From: Camelus ferus
Lineage: Eukaryota
DNA length: 64,000 bases
Assembly: GCF_009834535.1 (NCBI RefSeq)
Contig: NC_045696.1
Span: forward strand, 45,572,001 to 45,636,000
Direction of reading: 5' to 3'
A program made the position numbers and the translations under genes. Below are positions 26,772 to 38,849 of this stretch, one piece after another. Each line of letters begins with the position of its first letter. The first letter of the stretch is position 1. A model generated the notes under the pieces. The model saw only the letters and a program-made list of their open reading frames with translations. It was not told where the DNA came from and did not search any database.

Positions 26772-27287
26772 TGAAGATTGGAAAACATTTCCTATTAAGG
26801 GCCAGATAATAAATGTTTCAGCCTTGCAGGCTATAGTCTCTGTCCCATTACTCAGCTTTACTGCCGTAGTATGGAAACAGCCACAGACAATGTGTTAAAA
26901 AAATGTGTGGCTTTTCCAATAAACTTCACTTGCAAAAATAGGCAGTGGGCTAGATTTGGTTTTCAGACCCTATTTTTTTGTGTGCAAAAAAAAAATTATA
27001 TATATATAATTGAAGTATAGCCAGTTTACAATGTGTAAATTTCTGGGGTACAGCATAATGCTTCAGTCATATATGAACATACATTTTCTTCACCATAAGT
27101 TACTACAAGATATTGAATATAGTTCTCTGTGCTATACAGTGTGAACTTGCTGTTTATTTTATATATATTAGTATCTGCAAATCTCAAACTCCAATTTATC
27201 CCTTCTCACCCGCTTCCCCCTCTGGTAGCCACAAGATTGTTTTCTATGTCTGTGAGTCTCTCCAGACCCCAATTTGCCAATCTCTTG
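26772..27287. mobile_element. MER58A-like hAT MITE split by an L1 insertion
   Basis: aagggccagataataaatgtttcagccttgcaggc...aataaacttcacttgcaaaaataggcagtgggctagatttgg, resuming after the L1 as aatttgccaatctcttg. Confidence 0.8.
26973..27260 (-). mobile_element. 5'-truncated L1 3' end
   Basis: attgaagtatagccagtttacaatgtg...ctgtgctatacagt...gttttctatgtctgtgagtct; degenerate TSD cagaccc(t/c)a on both sides. Confidence 0.9.
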
Positions 27288-27329
27288 ATTAGACAGTAAC
27301 TGTTATAAACATTAAACTAGTACTCAAGA

Positions 27330-28320
27330 ATATATCTACAAAATAAACTCTATTTCCAGATAATTTTATAAGCAAGTTTACCAAACTCTGAAAGAGTAGA
27401 TACTGCTAGATGCAGCTGTTTCCAAGTAAATAATAAAGGGTAAGATACAAAACTCTTTTATGTTAGTAGAACCTTTACACCAAAACTAGATAAAATAATG
27501 TTAAGATTAAATAACTTCAGGTGAATTTCACACAGAAATGAATGATATAAATAATTAGTAAGCTAAATCCAGCCATGTATTTCAAAAAGAACATAACACA
27601 ACCAAATTTAGCTTTATCCTAGGGTTGCTTAAATTAAATAGGAAAATCATATAAATATACCAAAAATGTAGCGAAAAAATCAGATAAAATACCACGCTTG
27701 ATTGTGCTCAAAACTCTTAGCAAAGTAGGAATCAAATGTGAATTATTGAACCTGATAAAGAATACAGACCAAGACTCCTCAGCATTTCTATAATGGGTGA
27801 TCAGAAGATAGAAGCGTTCCCATGGAAATAAGACACTAAACAAACATAGTCAGAACTACTCCTACCTTCTCCTTGAGGGGCTAACTGGCACAATGAGGCA
27901 AGGAGAAATAAAAGAGATGGTTAGAAAGAAAGAACCAAGGTTATTGTGATACTCCAAATATACACCTGCCTATAAGGAGAGTCTAAGAGAATTTATAGAC
28001 GAACATTGAAAATAATTTTAAAAATTCAGCATTGCATGATATAAGGTCTATATACAAAAGTAATTAGCACTCTGTTGATATCAGAAACAACCAATTTGAA
28101 AATGTAGTAGTACTTAAAAAAATGTGGGGATTCTTGGAATAAATCTAAAAAGTTAGCACAATAAAAATTTTAGAGATTTTTGTAAAGCTTCATTGAAGAA
28201 TAAAAATGGCATAAATAAGTGGAGCTTCCAAATTCATGGATGGAATAATGCAGTATTTTAAAATGTTGTCTTCCCCATACACATATAGGTCAAATTAATC
28301 TGAATATACAACTTTAATGG
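27330..28320 (+). mobile_element. Old L1M ORF2 remnant (RT region), decayed
   Basis: aaaactcttagcaaagtaggaatc, gatataaggtctatatacaaaagtaattagc, ggaataaatctaa motifs. Confidence 0.65.
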
Positions 28321-29406
28321 TATTAGATTTCATATGACACAGTCTATAGTTATTTTCACATTTTTAACTTCTTTTTTGAAATCCTCCAAAGCAGTCTCAT
28401 GAATTTCACTAAGGTCCTTGCACCATATCATCAGCACTAGAGCATGAGTCTCCTAATACAGGTCAGATTTCTTAATGTTTGGTACATTCATAAAACATGA
28501 GGGCACGTATGTTACATGTACCAAAATAAGCTTTTATCATCTCTTTTCTAATTCTAAAACTATACATGTTTATTGGAAAAGACAAAAAGTACAAATAGAA
28601 TTTGAAAATAAAGAAAATTACAAGAAGGGAAAAAAATCATCCATAATTTCACCATCACCATAAGCAGTATTGACATTCAATGCATACATTGCTAGTTATT
28701 TTTCTTGATGCATTTATTTTGTTGACTTCTGTATTTTTATATGCTCTTCTACTGTAACTTGGGTACTTTACAAATGTTAAAACATGGCTCTGTGTATTTC
28801 TGCCACCAAGCATGAAGATTATTGAATATGTTCAGCCTTCTGTTTATAAAGTGTGAGTTGATGATTCTATGGGGCAAAAAGTGAGGCTCACTCTGGGGAT
28901 AATTTTACAGTAAACTCAGAATATACAAGCATCTTTCTATATTTTGTTTTAATTTTGTTCTTATTAGCAGCTCTCTGCTTGCAAGTGGCTTTATTAGAAA
29001 ATACTTTGAAATAAATGTGCATTACATGTAAACACTGTTGATTGTAAATTCATTCTTTCATATTTTTGTAAGTTACACAAATCATTTCCTGTTGTCATCT
29101 TATTTAAGTAGAAAAGGCCAAATCCTATTTCTTTTTTCTTGGAGACAAGTGACTAAGCCTCCATTTCAGGATACACCCCTGAGAAATGGTTTGCAATAAA
29201 TAACAGCTCAAGGAAACTAAAAAGCCCCAAGTAGAATTCAGAAAACAACTTTGTTATCTTGTGCTAAACAACAAAGTTTGTATGTTGTGAAAGCAACAGA
29301 ACTATACATACCCTTCTGTTCATGGCCCTCAGTCCTTATTTTACTTAATCAATTTATTGAGCATTATGAAGTACCAAAATAATTTATGTTTATATATTTG
29401 ACAAAT

Positions 29407-29800
29407 TGTGATGGAGACCGTTGGTGCTCACCAAGTATCTACATATTCTTATATTTTCTCTGTCCCAAGGCTTCTAGGTGTGGCCATGTGATGAATTCTT
29501 GCAACAAACATCAAAAGGAGGGATGTAGGGATAAGTCACTTCCACTAAAGCAGTTAAGAACAAATGTGTCTCTCCTTCCACCCCTTTCTGTCTCTCTTCA
29601 TAATTAGAAACAAACAAACAAACAAAAAACCACATGGGTCTCAAAGTTTTGGGAGGAAGCAACCCAGTCCCTGATTCACAGCTTGAAGGAGAGTTATGCT
29701 GCATGAAGTAAGAAATAAACATGAGTAAAGAATAAATCTTATTTTTCACAACCTCCTGAATTAGAGGGGTTTATTTCTTATTGCATTATGGTCTAATTGT
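29407..29800 (+). mobile_element. MaLR LTR (MLT1 family)
   Basis: tgtgatggagaccgttggtgctcacc...ctaggtgtggccatgtga...aataaatctt...ggtttatttcttattgca. Confidence 0.65.
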
Positions 29801-29879
29801 ACATTTAGCCTTGTTTTATTGTTTTGCTGGAGTTCAGGTGTGCGTGCAGGAGTGCAGATGGTAGCTGAGTAGCTAAAGG

Positions 29880-30590
29880 AGTAGTCTGGGCTAGTTCTCA
29901 GTTGATTCGCGGCCTGTCAGCTCCACATTCTCCCCTCCCACCTGCTCCGCTGTAAAGACCTGGACTCTATGCCTTTCTCATTTACTGTGAGTGTGATGTT
30001 AAGCTTTGTAAATAGAGGGCACTGAAGGACATTAAAAGGGGCTTCTCTTCCTGATTCTGGAGTGCTGCCTTTTTGCTCCTGTATAATCCATCAGTGGGGT
30101 GTGTGTGTGTGTGTGTGTGTGCATGCATCCAGTGTCATGCTGCCCCAACTTCACACCCACAGTGTACAGTTCCCCAGCTGCCTTGCTGCCCAGGTTGGGG
30201 CACAGGGACCACTGCCTGTGTCAGGCTTGATGCTGGCAGCAGCAGACCAGTGTCTCCCCCTGAGCCCCTTCCCATCAGCCTCAGCAAACCTGGGCTGAAA
30301 TAACTGTTTCTTCTAGTCCTCCTGACTCAGCTACTTTGCTCTTGAGACCACATGCCACTACCCGTGGTGGACTCCTAACAGCTGACCCTTTTTCCATGCC
30401 TGCCTATGGGCATCTGCCTGCCTGCACCCAGATGGCTGTTTCCTCCTTTGCTGGCAACTTTGGACCAGTTCTGGTCTGGACAACACAGCGATTTGTCTGC
30501 CAACTAGTAGATTATAATCACAGCTTTTCCAATGAGGTCTGAACGCCAGCTTTTGTGAGGAGGGCTCTTCTAAATTGTCCTTCCTTGTGT
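29880..30590 (+). mobile_element. ERVL LTR (LTR33-like) containing a (TG)n repeat
   Basis: gatgttaagctttgtaaatagagggcactgaaggac...aatgaggtctgaacgccagc; (TG)n at 30100-30121. Confidence 0.65.
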
Positions 30591-31087
30591 AAACTCATAT
30601 TATGTGTAAACTACACATATTATGTCTATAACATGATTTACATTTAAATATTTATATTTATATTTTAATGGAGCAGAGTAGCCAATAAGTATTTGAGAAA
30701 TAATGAAGCCAATAAAGAGACTGAAGAGCTGAGTCAATGAATGAATGAATGAGGTGACATGATTGGTAAAAAAAAAAAAAAATTAAATTAATTTGGGTGT
30801 ACCTGAGAAGAGTTATTTAGCCTCGGTCACCAAGAAGGATTGTAATCAGCAAATTACAGCAGGAGATGGAAATTTATCACTTTCATTATGTGAGGTTTTT
30901 TTTCCTAGAGTTTGTCTATGGAAAGTTAAAGCAACAAACTGTCCATCTTACTAAAATTAAGAGAGGAACTGCAGTTGAATAGGAAACGGAAATGCAACCA
31001 GCATATAAAGATTTTTCTCTGGACCTTTGCACTGCCTTAAATATATATATATATATCAGGTCTAGAGTCATGAGCACTATTCAAGAT

Positions 31088-32312
31088 CAACCAGAGCACC
31101 TGCCGAACTCCGACAGAACATCGCCCTTTTCAAAAGACAAAGATGCCAAAAATCTGGTAGGAGAAAAGGAAAAACTAAAGGAGAAAAAGCAAAACAGTTC
31201 AGGACCAGTCCCGCAGGGAAGGAGCGGCAAAGGAGGACTGGCGCTCGTTCGCCGGATCCCCCACCTCCAACGGAGAGGCCAGCAGGACGGAAGGGGAGCC
31301 TCCGAGGCTCAGATCTGCCCTGAGCACCATTTGACCAACAGAACTGAGTTAAACGGGCACAAAGGGTCACCGTGACACCCAGCCCGAGACGTGAGCCAGC
31401 AGCTGGGGCCCGGGACAGGCCACCTGAGCTGGGCGGAGGACTGGGGCGGCTGCACTGAGGCAGCCCCGGGGACTGCAAGGGGCTGTGCACCGTGGCTGGG
31501 AGGGGATATGGAGCAGAACAACCTCGGTCCCCCATAAATTGCGAAAAAAGCAAAGCAACACGGCTGGTGTGCCCTGGGGGGAAGGGCGCCATAGCCTTTG
31601 CCTCCTCAGACCTGCGCCACCATTACTGGAGCTTCTCGAGAGAAGAGAGGCAGGGCTCAGCCACAGCCACCATCTCCTCCTGTGCGCAGGGCCCAGGCAG
31701 GGGCAGGGCCAAGACCTGAATCCGCCTGTGGGGGCTCCACAACCTCCTAGGTAGGACTGAGACTTGTTTACAGCCCGAGGCAGATAGGATCTTTCTGCCC
31801 TGGCACCTCAGAGAACTTGCACTGCCAAGACAAACGAGCTGAGATTCGGCTCGGAGCTGGGGCGGGGCCATACAGTGGTCTTCCCCGAGCCCGCCTTCAG
31901 AGCCCTGACCAGAGGCGAAGCGGGCAGCTGCACAGAGCAGCGGAGCAACCAGCCTCGGGAGAGGGCAGGAATGCAGAACCTGACCACGGTGCTGGAAGGG
32001 GGCGCGATCCGCCCACCTGCCTCCCCCTGAAGTGCAGCAGCTGACTGCGGCATTGGGAGGGGGAGTGACCCGCCCACCCACCAGGTAAGAGCTCAGCTCC
32101 TGACCCAGTGTTAGGAGGGGGCGCGATCTGCTAGCTGACAGCCACTAGGAGCAGCACAGACTAGGGTGCCAACAGAGGGCCTCTGGAAACAGCAAGCTGA
32201 GTTCGCGAAACAGGGCGAAGACACAAAGACCTCTTGACAAAATCATTAAGAGCACACCAGCTCCAGAAGAACTAGATAACTGATACTCCTTAAGCCACAG
32301 TTCCAGAGAGAT
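31088..32312 (+). promoter_or_regulatory. L1 5'UTR internal promoter, CpG-island-like
   Basis: Only markedly GC/CpG-rich stretch in the window; GC boxes (gggcgg); lies directly 5' of the ORF1 ATG. Activity not shown. Confidence 0.7.
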
Positions 32313-33192
32313 ATGAGCAATGTGAAGAAGCAGAGGAACCACTCCCAATTAAAAGATCAAGAGAAATCCCCTGAAAGCATGAGCAAGGAAACAGACATGG
32401 ATGGCCTACTAGATCAAGATTTCAAAAAAGGAGTGATCAAAGTACTGAAGAAACTAAAAGAAAGAGTTTAGCGATATAAAATATGTCAAAAATGAAATAG
32501 AAGCTATAAAGAAGAACCAAGTAGAATTAGTAAACTCATTTGCTGAGATGAGAGCTGACCTAAAGGCTGTACAAAGCAGGCTAGATAATGCAGAGGAACG
32601 AATAAGTGACCTAGAAGACAGGACAACAGAAAGCACCCGATCAGAACAACTGAGAGAAAAACAAATAAAAAACAATGAAAACAATATAAGGGACCTATGG
32701 GATAATATAAAGTGTGCCAATCTACGCATAATAGTAGTTCCAGAAGGGGAAGAAAGAACAAAGGGGATTGAAAAGGTATTTGAAGAAATCATGACTGAAA
32801 ACTTCCCAAACCTAAAGAAGGAATCAGATCTCCAAGTACAGGAGGCTCAGAGGGTCCCAAACAGACCCACACCAAGACATATCATAATCAAGATGACCAG
32901 AGTCAAGGATAAAGAAATGATCCTCAAGGCAGCAAGAGAAAAACAGATTGAGTTACAAGGGAAGCCCCATAAGGCTCTCAGCTGATTTCTCTACACAAAC
33001 AAAGGCCAGAAGGGAGTGGCAAGATAATGCAAAGTCCTGAATGAAAAAAAGATGCAGCCTAGGATACTCTATCCAGCAAGGCTATCCTGTAGAATAGAAG
33101 GAGAGATAAAGAACTTCACAGACAAGCAAAAACTAAAAGAGTTTAGCAACACTAAACCCATGCTAAAAGAAATATTCACAGGTCGACTCTAA
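32313..33192 (+). pseudogene. L1 ORF1p, frameshifted
   Basis: ATG 32313 MSNVKKQRNHSQLKDQEKSPE; RLDNAEERISDLEDR coiled coil; NLRIIVVPEGEE; ENFPNL; PRHIIIKM; TAA 33190-33192. Frameshifts near 32462 and 32945. Confidence 0.93.
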
Positions 33193-34199
33193 ATAGAAAA
33201 GAAGCAGGATGCTAAAAAATAAGAAACTCATAACTGGAAAGGAGATAACTGCCATGAATTACAAGTAGAATAAACACAAAATTGTAAAAGAAGACGTCTA
33301 AATCATTAAGAGTGGGAGAGGGAAGCAAAGAGAGCCATTGTGGAAAACAGTATGGAGATTCCTCAAAAGACTAAGAATAGACTTACCATAGGACCCAGGA
33401 ATCCCGCTCTTGAGCATATATCCAGAAGGAACCCTACTTCAAAATACACCTGCACCCCAATGTTCATGGCAGCATTATTTACAATAGCCAAGACATGGAA
33501 ACAGCCTAAATGTCCATCAACAGATGACTGGATAAAGAAGAAGTGGTTTATTTATACGATGGAATACTATTCAGCCACAAAAACCGACAACATAACGCCA
33601 TCTGCAGCAACATGAATGTTCCTGGAGAATGTCATTCAAAGTGAAGTAAGCCAGAAAGAGAAAGAAAAATACCACATGAGATCGCTTATATGAGGAATCT
33701 AAAAACAAACAAACAAAACATAAATACAAAACAGAAACAGACTCATAGACATAGAATACAAACTTGTGATTGCGAAGGGGGCAGGGCGTGGGAAGGGACA
33801 GACTGGGATTTTAAAATACAGAATAGATAAACAAGATTATAGTGTATAGCACAGGGAAAAATAAAGAAGATCTTGTGGTAGCTCACAGCGAAAAAAATGC
33901 GACAATGAATATATGTGTGTTAACGTATAACTGAAAAATTGTGCTCTACACTGGAATTTGACACAACATTGTAAAATAACTATTACTCAATTAAAAAATG
34001 TTAAAAAAAATACACAGGGGAAGTATAGATTAGATGCAGTCATTTTTAATTTCCAGTTTTTCATTCTCATATTCTTCAAATATCAAGTCATTATTTTTCT
34101 TACCATTGATTTTTCTTCAGTGCTCCACATGAATCATTTTTATTTTCTTGATGTTAATATTCAATGTTTGGGTATTTCAGCAAAATTAGACATATTCAC

Positions 34200-34683
34200 A
34201 ATGATTACAAAAATAACCTCAAATCTTCCCTGTCCCTATATCCGTATTATTTGCAATGTGACTTTACAACATTTCCCATTAACAGGTAGAGTTCATTCTC
34301 TGCCATTGAGTCTAGGTTGGAATTTTAATGTGCTTTGGGCAGTGGCATGTCATTATGCCAGTTCTGAATCAAAACCTCTTGAGGCCATGTTCACTTTCAC
34401 TCTTTTTCAACTACTATTTCAACAGGCTTGCCTGTTCTGTGATGGGAGACAAAGTGCAGCAAAGATGAGCCATGCCAGCAGACGCCATCCCAGACCAGCC
34501 TGTCTCCAGCCAACCTGATTGCTGACTGCAGTCACAAGAGTGAGCCCAGCTGAGATCAGAAGAACCAGAAGGCTGAACATAGCTCAAACTGCTGGCACAA
34601 AGAATGTAAGCTAAATGAATAGCTTTTCTTCTAAGCTACTAAGTTTTGGGGGTGGTTTGCTATTCAGCAAAAGTTAACTGATA
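34200..34683 (+). mobile_element. MaLR LTR (MLT1H-like)
   Basis: gagtgagcccagctgagatcagaagaacc...taagctactaagttttgggggtggtttgctattcagcaaaagttaactgata. Confidence 0.85.
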
Positions 34684-34959
34684 TATTTATCCTATACTTT
34701 CACCTTTGTAACTGTTGGAATTCAGATACTCCCTCACAATGCTATTCAGTCACATTAGAACTCACATTCTGATTTGGTTGACAAAAAGATTAGGAAACCA
34801 AAAATACGTTAATATTTTGGAACAAGTGTAGGCAACTACACATAAATTCCCAGATGCTGTCATAAACATCTATACTGTGGCTTGCTTTTTCATAGAGACA
34901 CATATAACAAGTACCTTCAGAGGATGTTTTGTTTTAACAGTAAAAATAAAATACAGCCC

Positions 34960-35185
34960 CTGTTAAAGGCTGTGCTAAATGCTTTATAGCTGTGTCTCAA
35001 TTTTATCTTATAGCAACCCATATGGTAAAATGAATAGCATCATTTTTTTTTTCCCGCAAATAAGCGAATTGAGTCTTGGAGAATTTAAATAATTTTCCCA
35101 AAGTATACCCAAAAAGTAGAAAAGAGATCAAATGAATAATCTCTGATTCTACAGCCTGAGTGATTAACCATAAAGTATGTTGCCT
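34960..35185 (-). mobile_element. MIR SINE
   Basis: aggctgtgctaaatgcttta...gaattgagtcttggagaatttaaataattttcccaaagt...tgattaaccat. Confidence 0.65.
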
Positions 35186-36689
35186 ACAGTGTTCCAGAAA
35201 TGTAAAGAAGGGGTGGCCTTTTATATGATATCAAAGCACTTCTCACTCATCCAAATTTAACAGGAGAAATTAAGTGTGAAAAGACAGGTAAAGTTAATGT
35301 TTCTAAATTTCAACCTAAAGAAATCTACTAGTTCTCAATCAACTCACTAAGCTAACAAGTTTATATCACTGTAAACTACATAAATTCAAGCAAAGGCAAA
35401 ATGCTGGTGAACATAAAAATCAATATTTCTCATTACGCAAGTACCTTGCTCTTTCAAAGCTAATGGGCTTACAGGGAATCATATGAAAGTATAAGGTACA
35501 AATTCATGTCATATAAGAGTAAAAACTAGTAGAAGAGAAACTAAATGCAAGTTAGTTTTCCAAATGATTAAACTGTCATTTATATTGTTGCATAATCCTG
35601 TATCTACAGTTTCATCACCCAAAGTGCTCTGAAAACTGAAAAAAAAAATTGGTAAGTTGGACACATATTCATTGGGCAAGAAAATCTGGTCTGAACTGAT
35701 GTAAAGGTATTTATAGTCTCTGTTTATACTACTTAGTATATTCATATATTTTAATGAAGACATTTTTTGACTACATAGCTTTGCCTCAAGCCCTGTTGGA
35801 AGTGCTATATGATATAGAATTATGTTGTATGCAAACGTTCTAAAGTTCAAAAAAGGCTTAACTCTGAAATAATCTGAATATAAGAATTTTAGATAAGAGA
35901 TTGTAAACCCAGAATATGATTTGAGCCTCAAGTTCAGCCAATACATCTTCATTCCTAATGTTTACAATGATATAATCAGTCAATTCCATTTTAGTCTGAA
36001 TGAGTAATCAAATACTTTCTTGGGAGCATATTTTGATAAGAAAAGAAAAAAGAAGAAGAATCTGGACTCCTTTTTTTTTTTTTATTTCCACCATAGTTGG
36101 TTTTTTAAATATATCAGAACAGGAAAAAAATACGGTTCAGAATAGAATTTCAATGCTATAAATCCCGATAAAAGGAAAACTGTTCACATACAGTAACTGG
36201 GAGGTGATTAGATGTGAAAAGGAGAGCAGGGACAGAAATATCATTTTTCATGGTGGGGACTCAGGAGATAATGTCTGAGGTTGATGGGGGAGGACATTGA
36301 AAATTCTGTATATTATTAAAAGTTTAAAAGCAAAAAGTAGAAGTAATTGATAATATACTTATCAGCTTTGGCAGTTATGGATGAGGGAAAATTAAGAGTG
36401 ATGCAAATGAATTAAACCATCTTTCAAGGTGGGAAGAAAACAGATATGACTAAAGCTGATAAATGATGAAATATATATCATTTAGGATTAAATCGCTTAC
36501 TATGAGAAGAAAGAAGAGAAGAAACAGTTCCAAGTGGTTGCTTCTGGGGAAAAGAATGAGGACAGAATGGGTAGGTCAGAGAATGATTTTCATGACTTTG
36601 GTAACCATTTTAAAAATAAAAAGTAAATAAAGCAAAACTATGGTAGAGCTAGCTGACTAAAATAAAACAATCACTGGCTAGAAAATAAG

Positions 36690-37790
36690 TGAGTGATGGT
36701 CACTTAAATAGCGTGGTCTAAGAGTGACCTGGCTTATGAGAGGGGGCAGCCAAGAGAAAATCTGGAGTAATTGTGCTCCAGGCAGAGAGGGCTCCCTATC
36801 CAGAGGTGCTCAGGAGAGGCGAGCTTGGCATATTGGAGGAAGAGACAGGAGGCCTTAGTGAGCCAAGGGAAGCACTGGACTAGAGACCAGGGAGGTGTGC
36901 AGGGGCTAGATGGGCAGACCTTATAGCTCATGGCATGAAATTGGGGTCATATTCTAATTAACATGGGAAGGTATCAAAGGATTTTAAGTAGTGGAGAGAT
37001 TGCTCTACTTACTATTTTTCTCTTTTAAAAATTTTATTTTACTGAAGTATAGTCAGTTACAATGTGTCAGTCTCTGGGGTACAACACACTTTCCCAGTCA
37101 TGCATATATATACATATATTCATTTTCGTATTACTTTCATTAAAGGTTGTTACAATACAAGATATTGAATATGGTTCCCTGTGCTATACAGAAGAAATCT
37201 GGTTTATATATATATATATATATATAGATATATAGATATATAGATATATAGATATATAGATCTATATATAGATATATATATCTATATATATATATATATA
37301 TCTATATCGGTTAACCTTTGCAAATATCTTTTGATTTAAAGAAACAATACTGGCTGCTCTGCTAGATGTATACTGCAGGGGGTAAGCATGGAGGCAAGGG
37401 GACTGGTTAGGGTATCCCTGCCAGGAGTCAGGAAGAGAAAAATGACAATTTGATGACCTGTGTTTAAGGGTTAAGATATCTTTTTGGAAGTAAGTCAAAC
37501 AAGATTTACTCATAGATTGGATGTAGAGGGTGAAGAAAAGAAAAGAAAACAGTGGAGACTTCAAGCAATGGGGTGAACGGTAGTGAGTTTAACTGTCCTG
37601 ATGAGGGGTCAGAGATGTTTTTGGAGCAGAAACCCAGAGTCTCTTTTGGGCATATTCAGTCTACTACACCGGACATTTGATACATGAATCTGGAGTTAGG
37701 GGTAGGGTTAAACTGCTGACATAAACTTGGTAATCATCAGCACACAGGTGATACTTAAAGCCTTCATCTTAGGAAAGAGGGTAGATAATA
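36690..37790 (-). mobile_element. L2 LINE interrupted by an L1 fragment
   Basis: ggcgagcttggcatattggaggaag, ggaggcaaggggactggttaggg, catagattggatgtagagggtga, ttggtaatcatcagcacacaggtgatacttaaagcc. Confidence 0.75.
37025..37328 (-). mobile_element. 5'-truncated L1 3' end with expanded AT-rich array
   Basis: Closely matches the reverse complement of the 15938-16259 copy; (TA)n/(GATATATA)n array at 37205-37307. Confidence 0.88.
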
Positions 37791-37853
37791 GAAAGTGTTT
37801 ATTACATGCTTATTTTATGTCTTAAGTCTCACCTAAATGCTTTTTGCATGCTA

Positions 37854-38397
37854 TGTTGGGAGGTCCTGAAGGCCACTCCCAGGTTCCGTGGTTTGCTAGG
37901 AGGACTCACAGGGCTCAGCATGTGGTCATAATCACAGCCATGATTTGTCACATCAGAAGGATATAAAGCAAAATCAGCAAAGGGAAAAGGCACATGGGGT
38001 GAAGTCCAAGGGAAACCAGGCAGAGTCCTCTCGGTGGCATCCTAGAGAACATGCTTGACACCCTCAGCCATGAGTGTGGTAACACCTGTGAAATACTGCC
38101 AGCCAGGGAAGGTTACTAGAAACCCAGTGCCCAGGATTTTTATTAGGGGCTAATCTGATTAGGGGCAGATTAGCTGCTGCCTGGTAGTCACTGAAATTCC
38201 AGACTCTCAGAAGGAAAGTAGGTGTTCAGCACAAACCATATTTTTTGAACAGTTGAGGTGCAGTGAGCCACCTCTATCATTTAGGTGGGTAGGAACCCTC
38301 CCACATTCCAGTCTCCAAATGCCAGTCCAAGGCCAACCTTGTCAGAAGGCTTTCTAAAGAGGAGCAGCCAGGCCTGCTCTGGTGACTCTTCTGCACA
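37854..38397 (-). mobile_element. MER21-family LTR
   Basis: tgttgggaggtcctgaaggccactcccagg...ctaggaggactcacagggctcagc...aaagcaaaatcagcaaagggaaaaggcacatgggg...ctcttctgcaca; TG...CA ends. Confidence 0.85.
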
Positions 38398-38849
38398 CAT
38401 TTAAATTGTTTCAGACTCCAACTACTCCCTGAGATAGGTGCTATTAAGATCTTTATTTTACAGATGAGGAAACAGGAGGGGAAAGCATTGTCGGCTAATA
38501 AGGGAAGAGGTTGGAAACTGAAACTCATTTTGGCGCTGATGGGCGAGCTCTTGGATATTTTGCAAAGGAGCCTCTTGCAATAGAGAACAGAAAATGCCAG
38601 GGGAGAACAGTTGAGGGGCTGAGCCTAAAGCAGGCCAACAGTTATGGGTCCAACAGACGACTGGGCAAGACCAACCAGTGAAATGGGCCAAAAGCCAGGA
38701 GGCCACACAATCTGTCTCAGGACTGAAAGAAGGGTTCAGAAAATGGGTTCTTTGCCATCACTACATTGGAGGAGTGCAATGATTGTTGCTGTCAAGTTAA
38801 TCACATGACCTAACTTTAATTTCCAGCTTTGTCTCCTACTCCACTGTCA

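Larger units (their letters stand above)
31088..34010 (+). mobile_element. LINE-1 with 5'UTR, ORF1 and 3' end but internal deletion of most of ORF2
   Basis: CpG-rich 5'UTR, ORF1 homology 32313-33192, abrupt join near 33334 to ORF2 C-terminal sequence (MENSMEIPQK...[16 protein letters not shown]), then 3'UTR and A-tail. No clean TSD seen; 5' boundary approximate. Confidence 0.92.

Noticed and set aside
30992..32348. Cluster of overlapping GC-rich ORFs, or a host-gene CpG-island promoter
   Set aside because: Explained by low stop-codon frequency in the L1 5'UTR, which runs directly into ORF1.
32548..33615. 145-aa and 91-aa ORFs as host genes
   Set aside because: They are fragments of L1 ORF1p and the ORF2p C-terminus, broken by frameshifts.
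33958..34518. Longest ORF in the track (186 aa)
   Set aside because: Non-ATG start; runs across the L1 tail, unique DNA and an MLT1 LTR; no protein-like features.
35509..35633. Strong minus-strand acceptor (ttttttcagttttcag) followed by an open frame
   Set aside because: No matching donor found and peptide not recognised; poly-T tracts often mimic acceptors.
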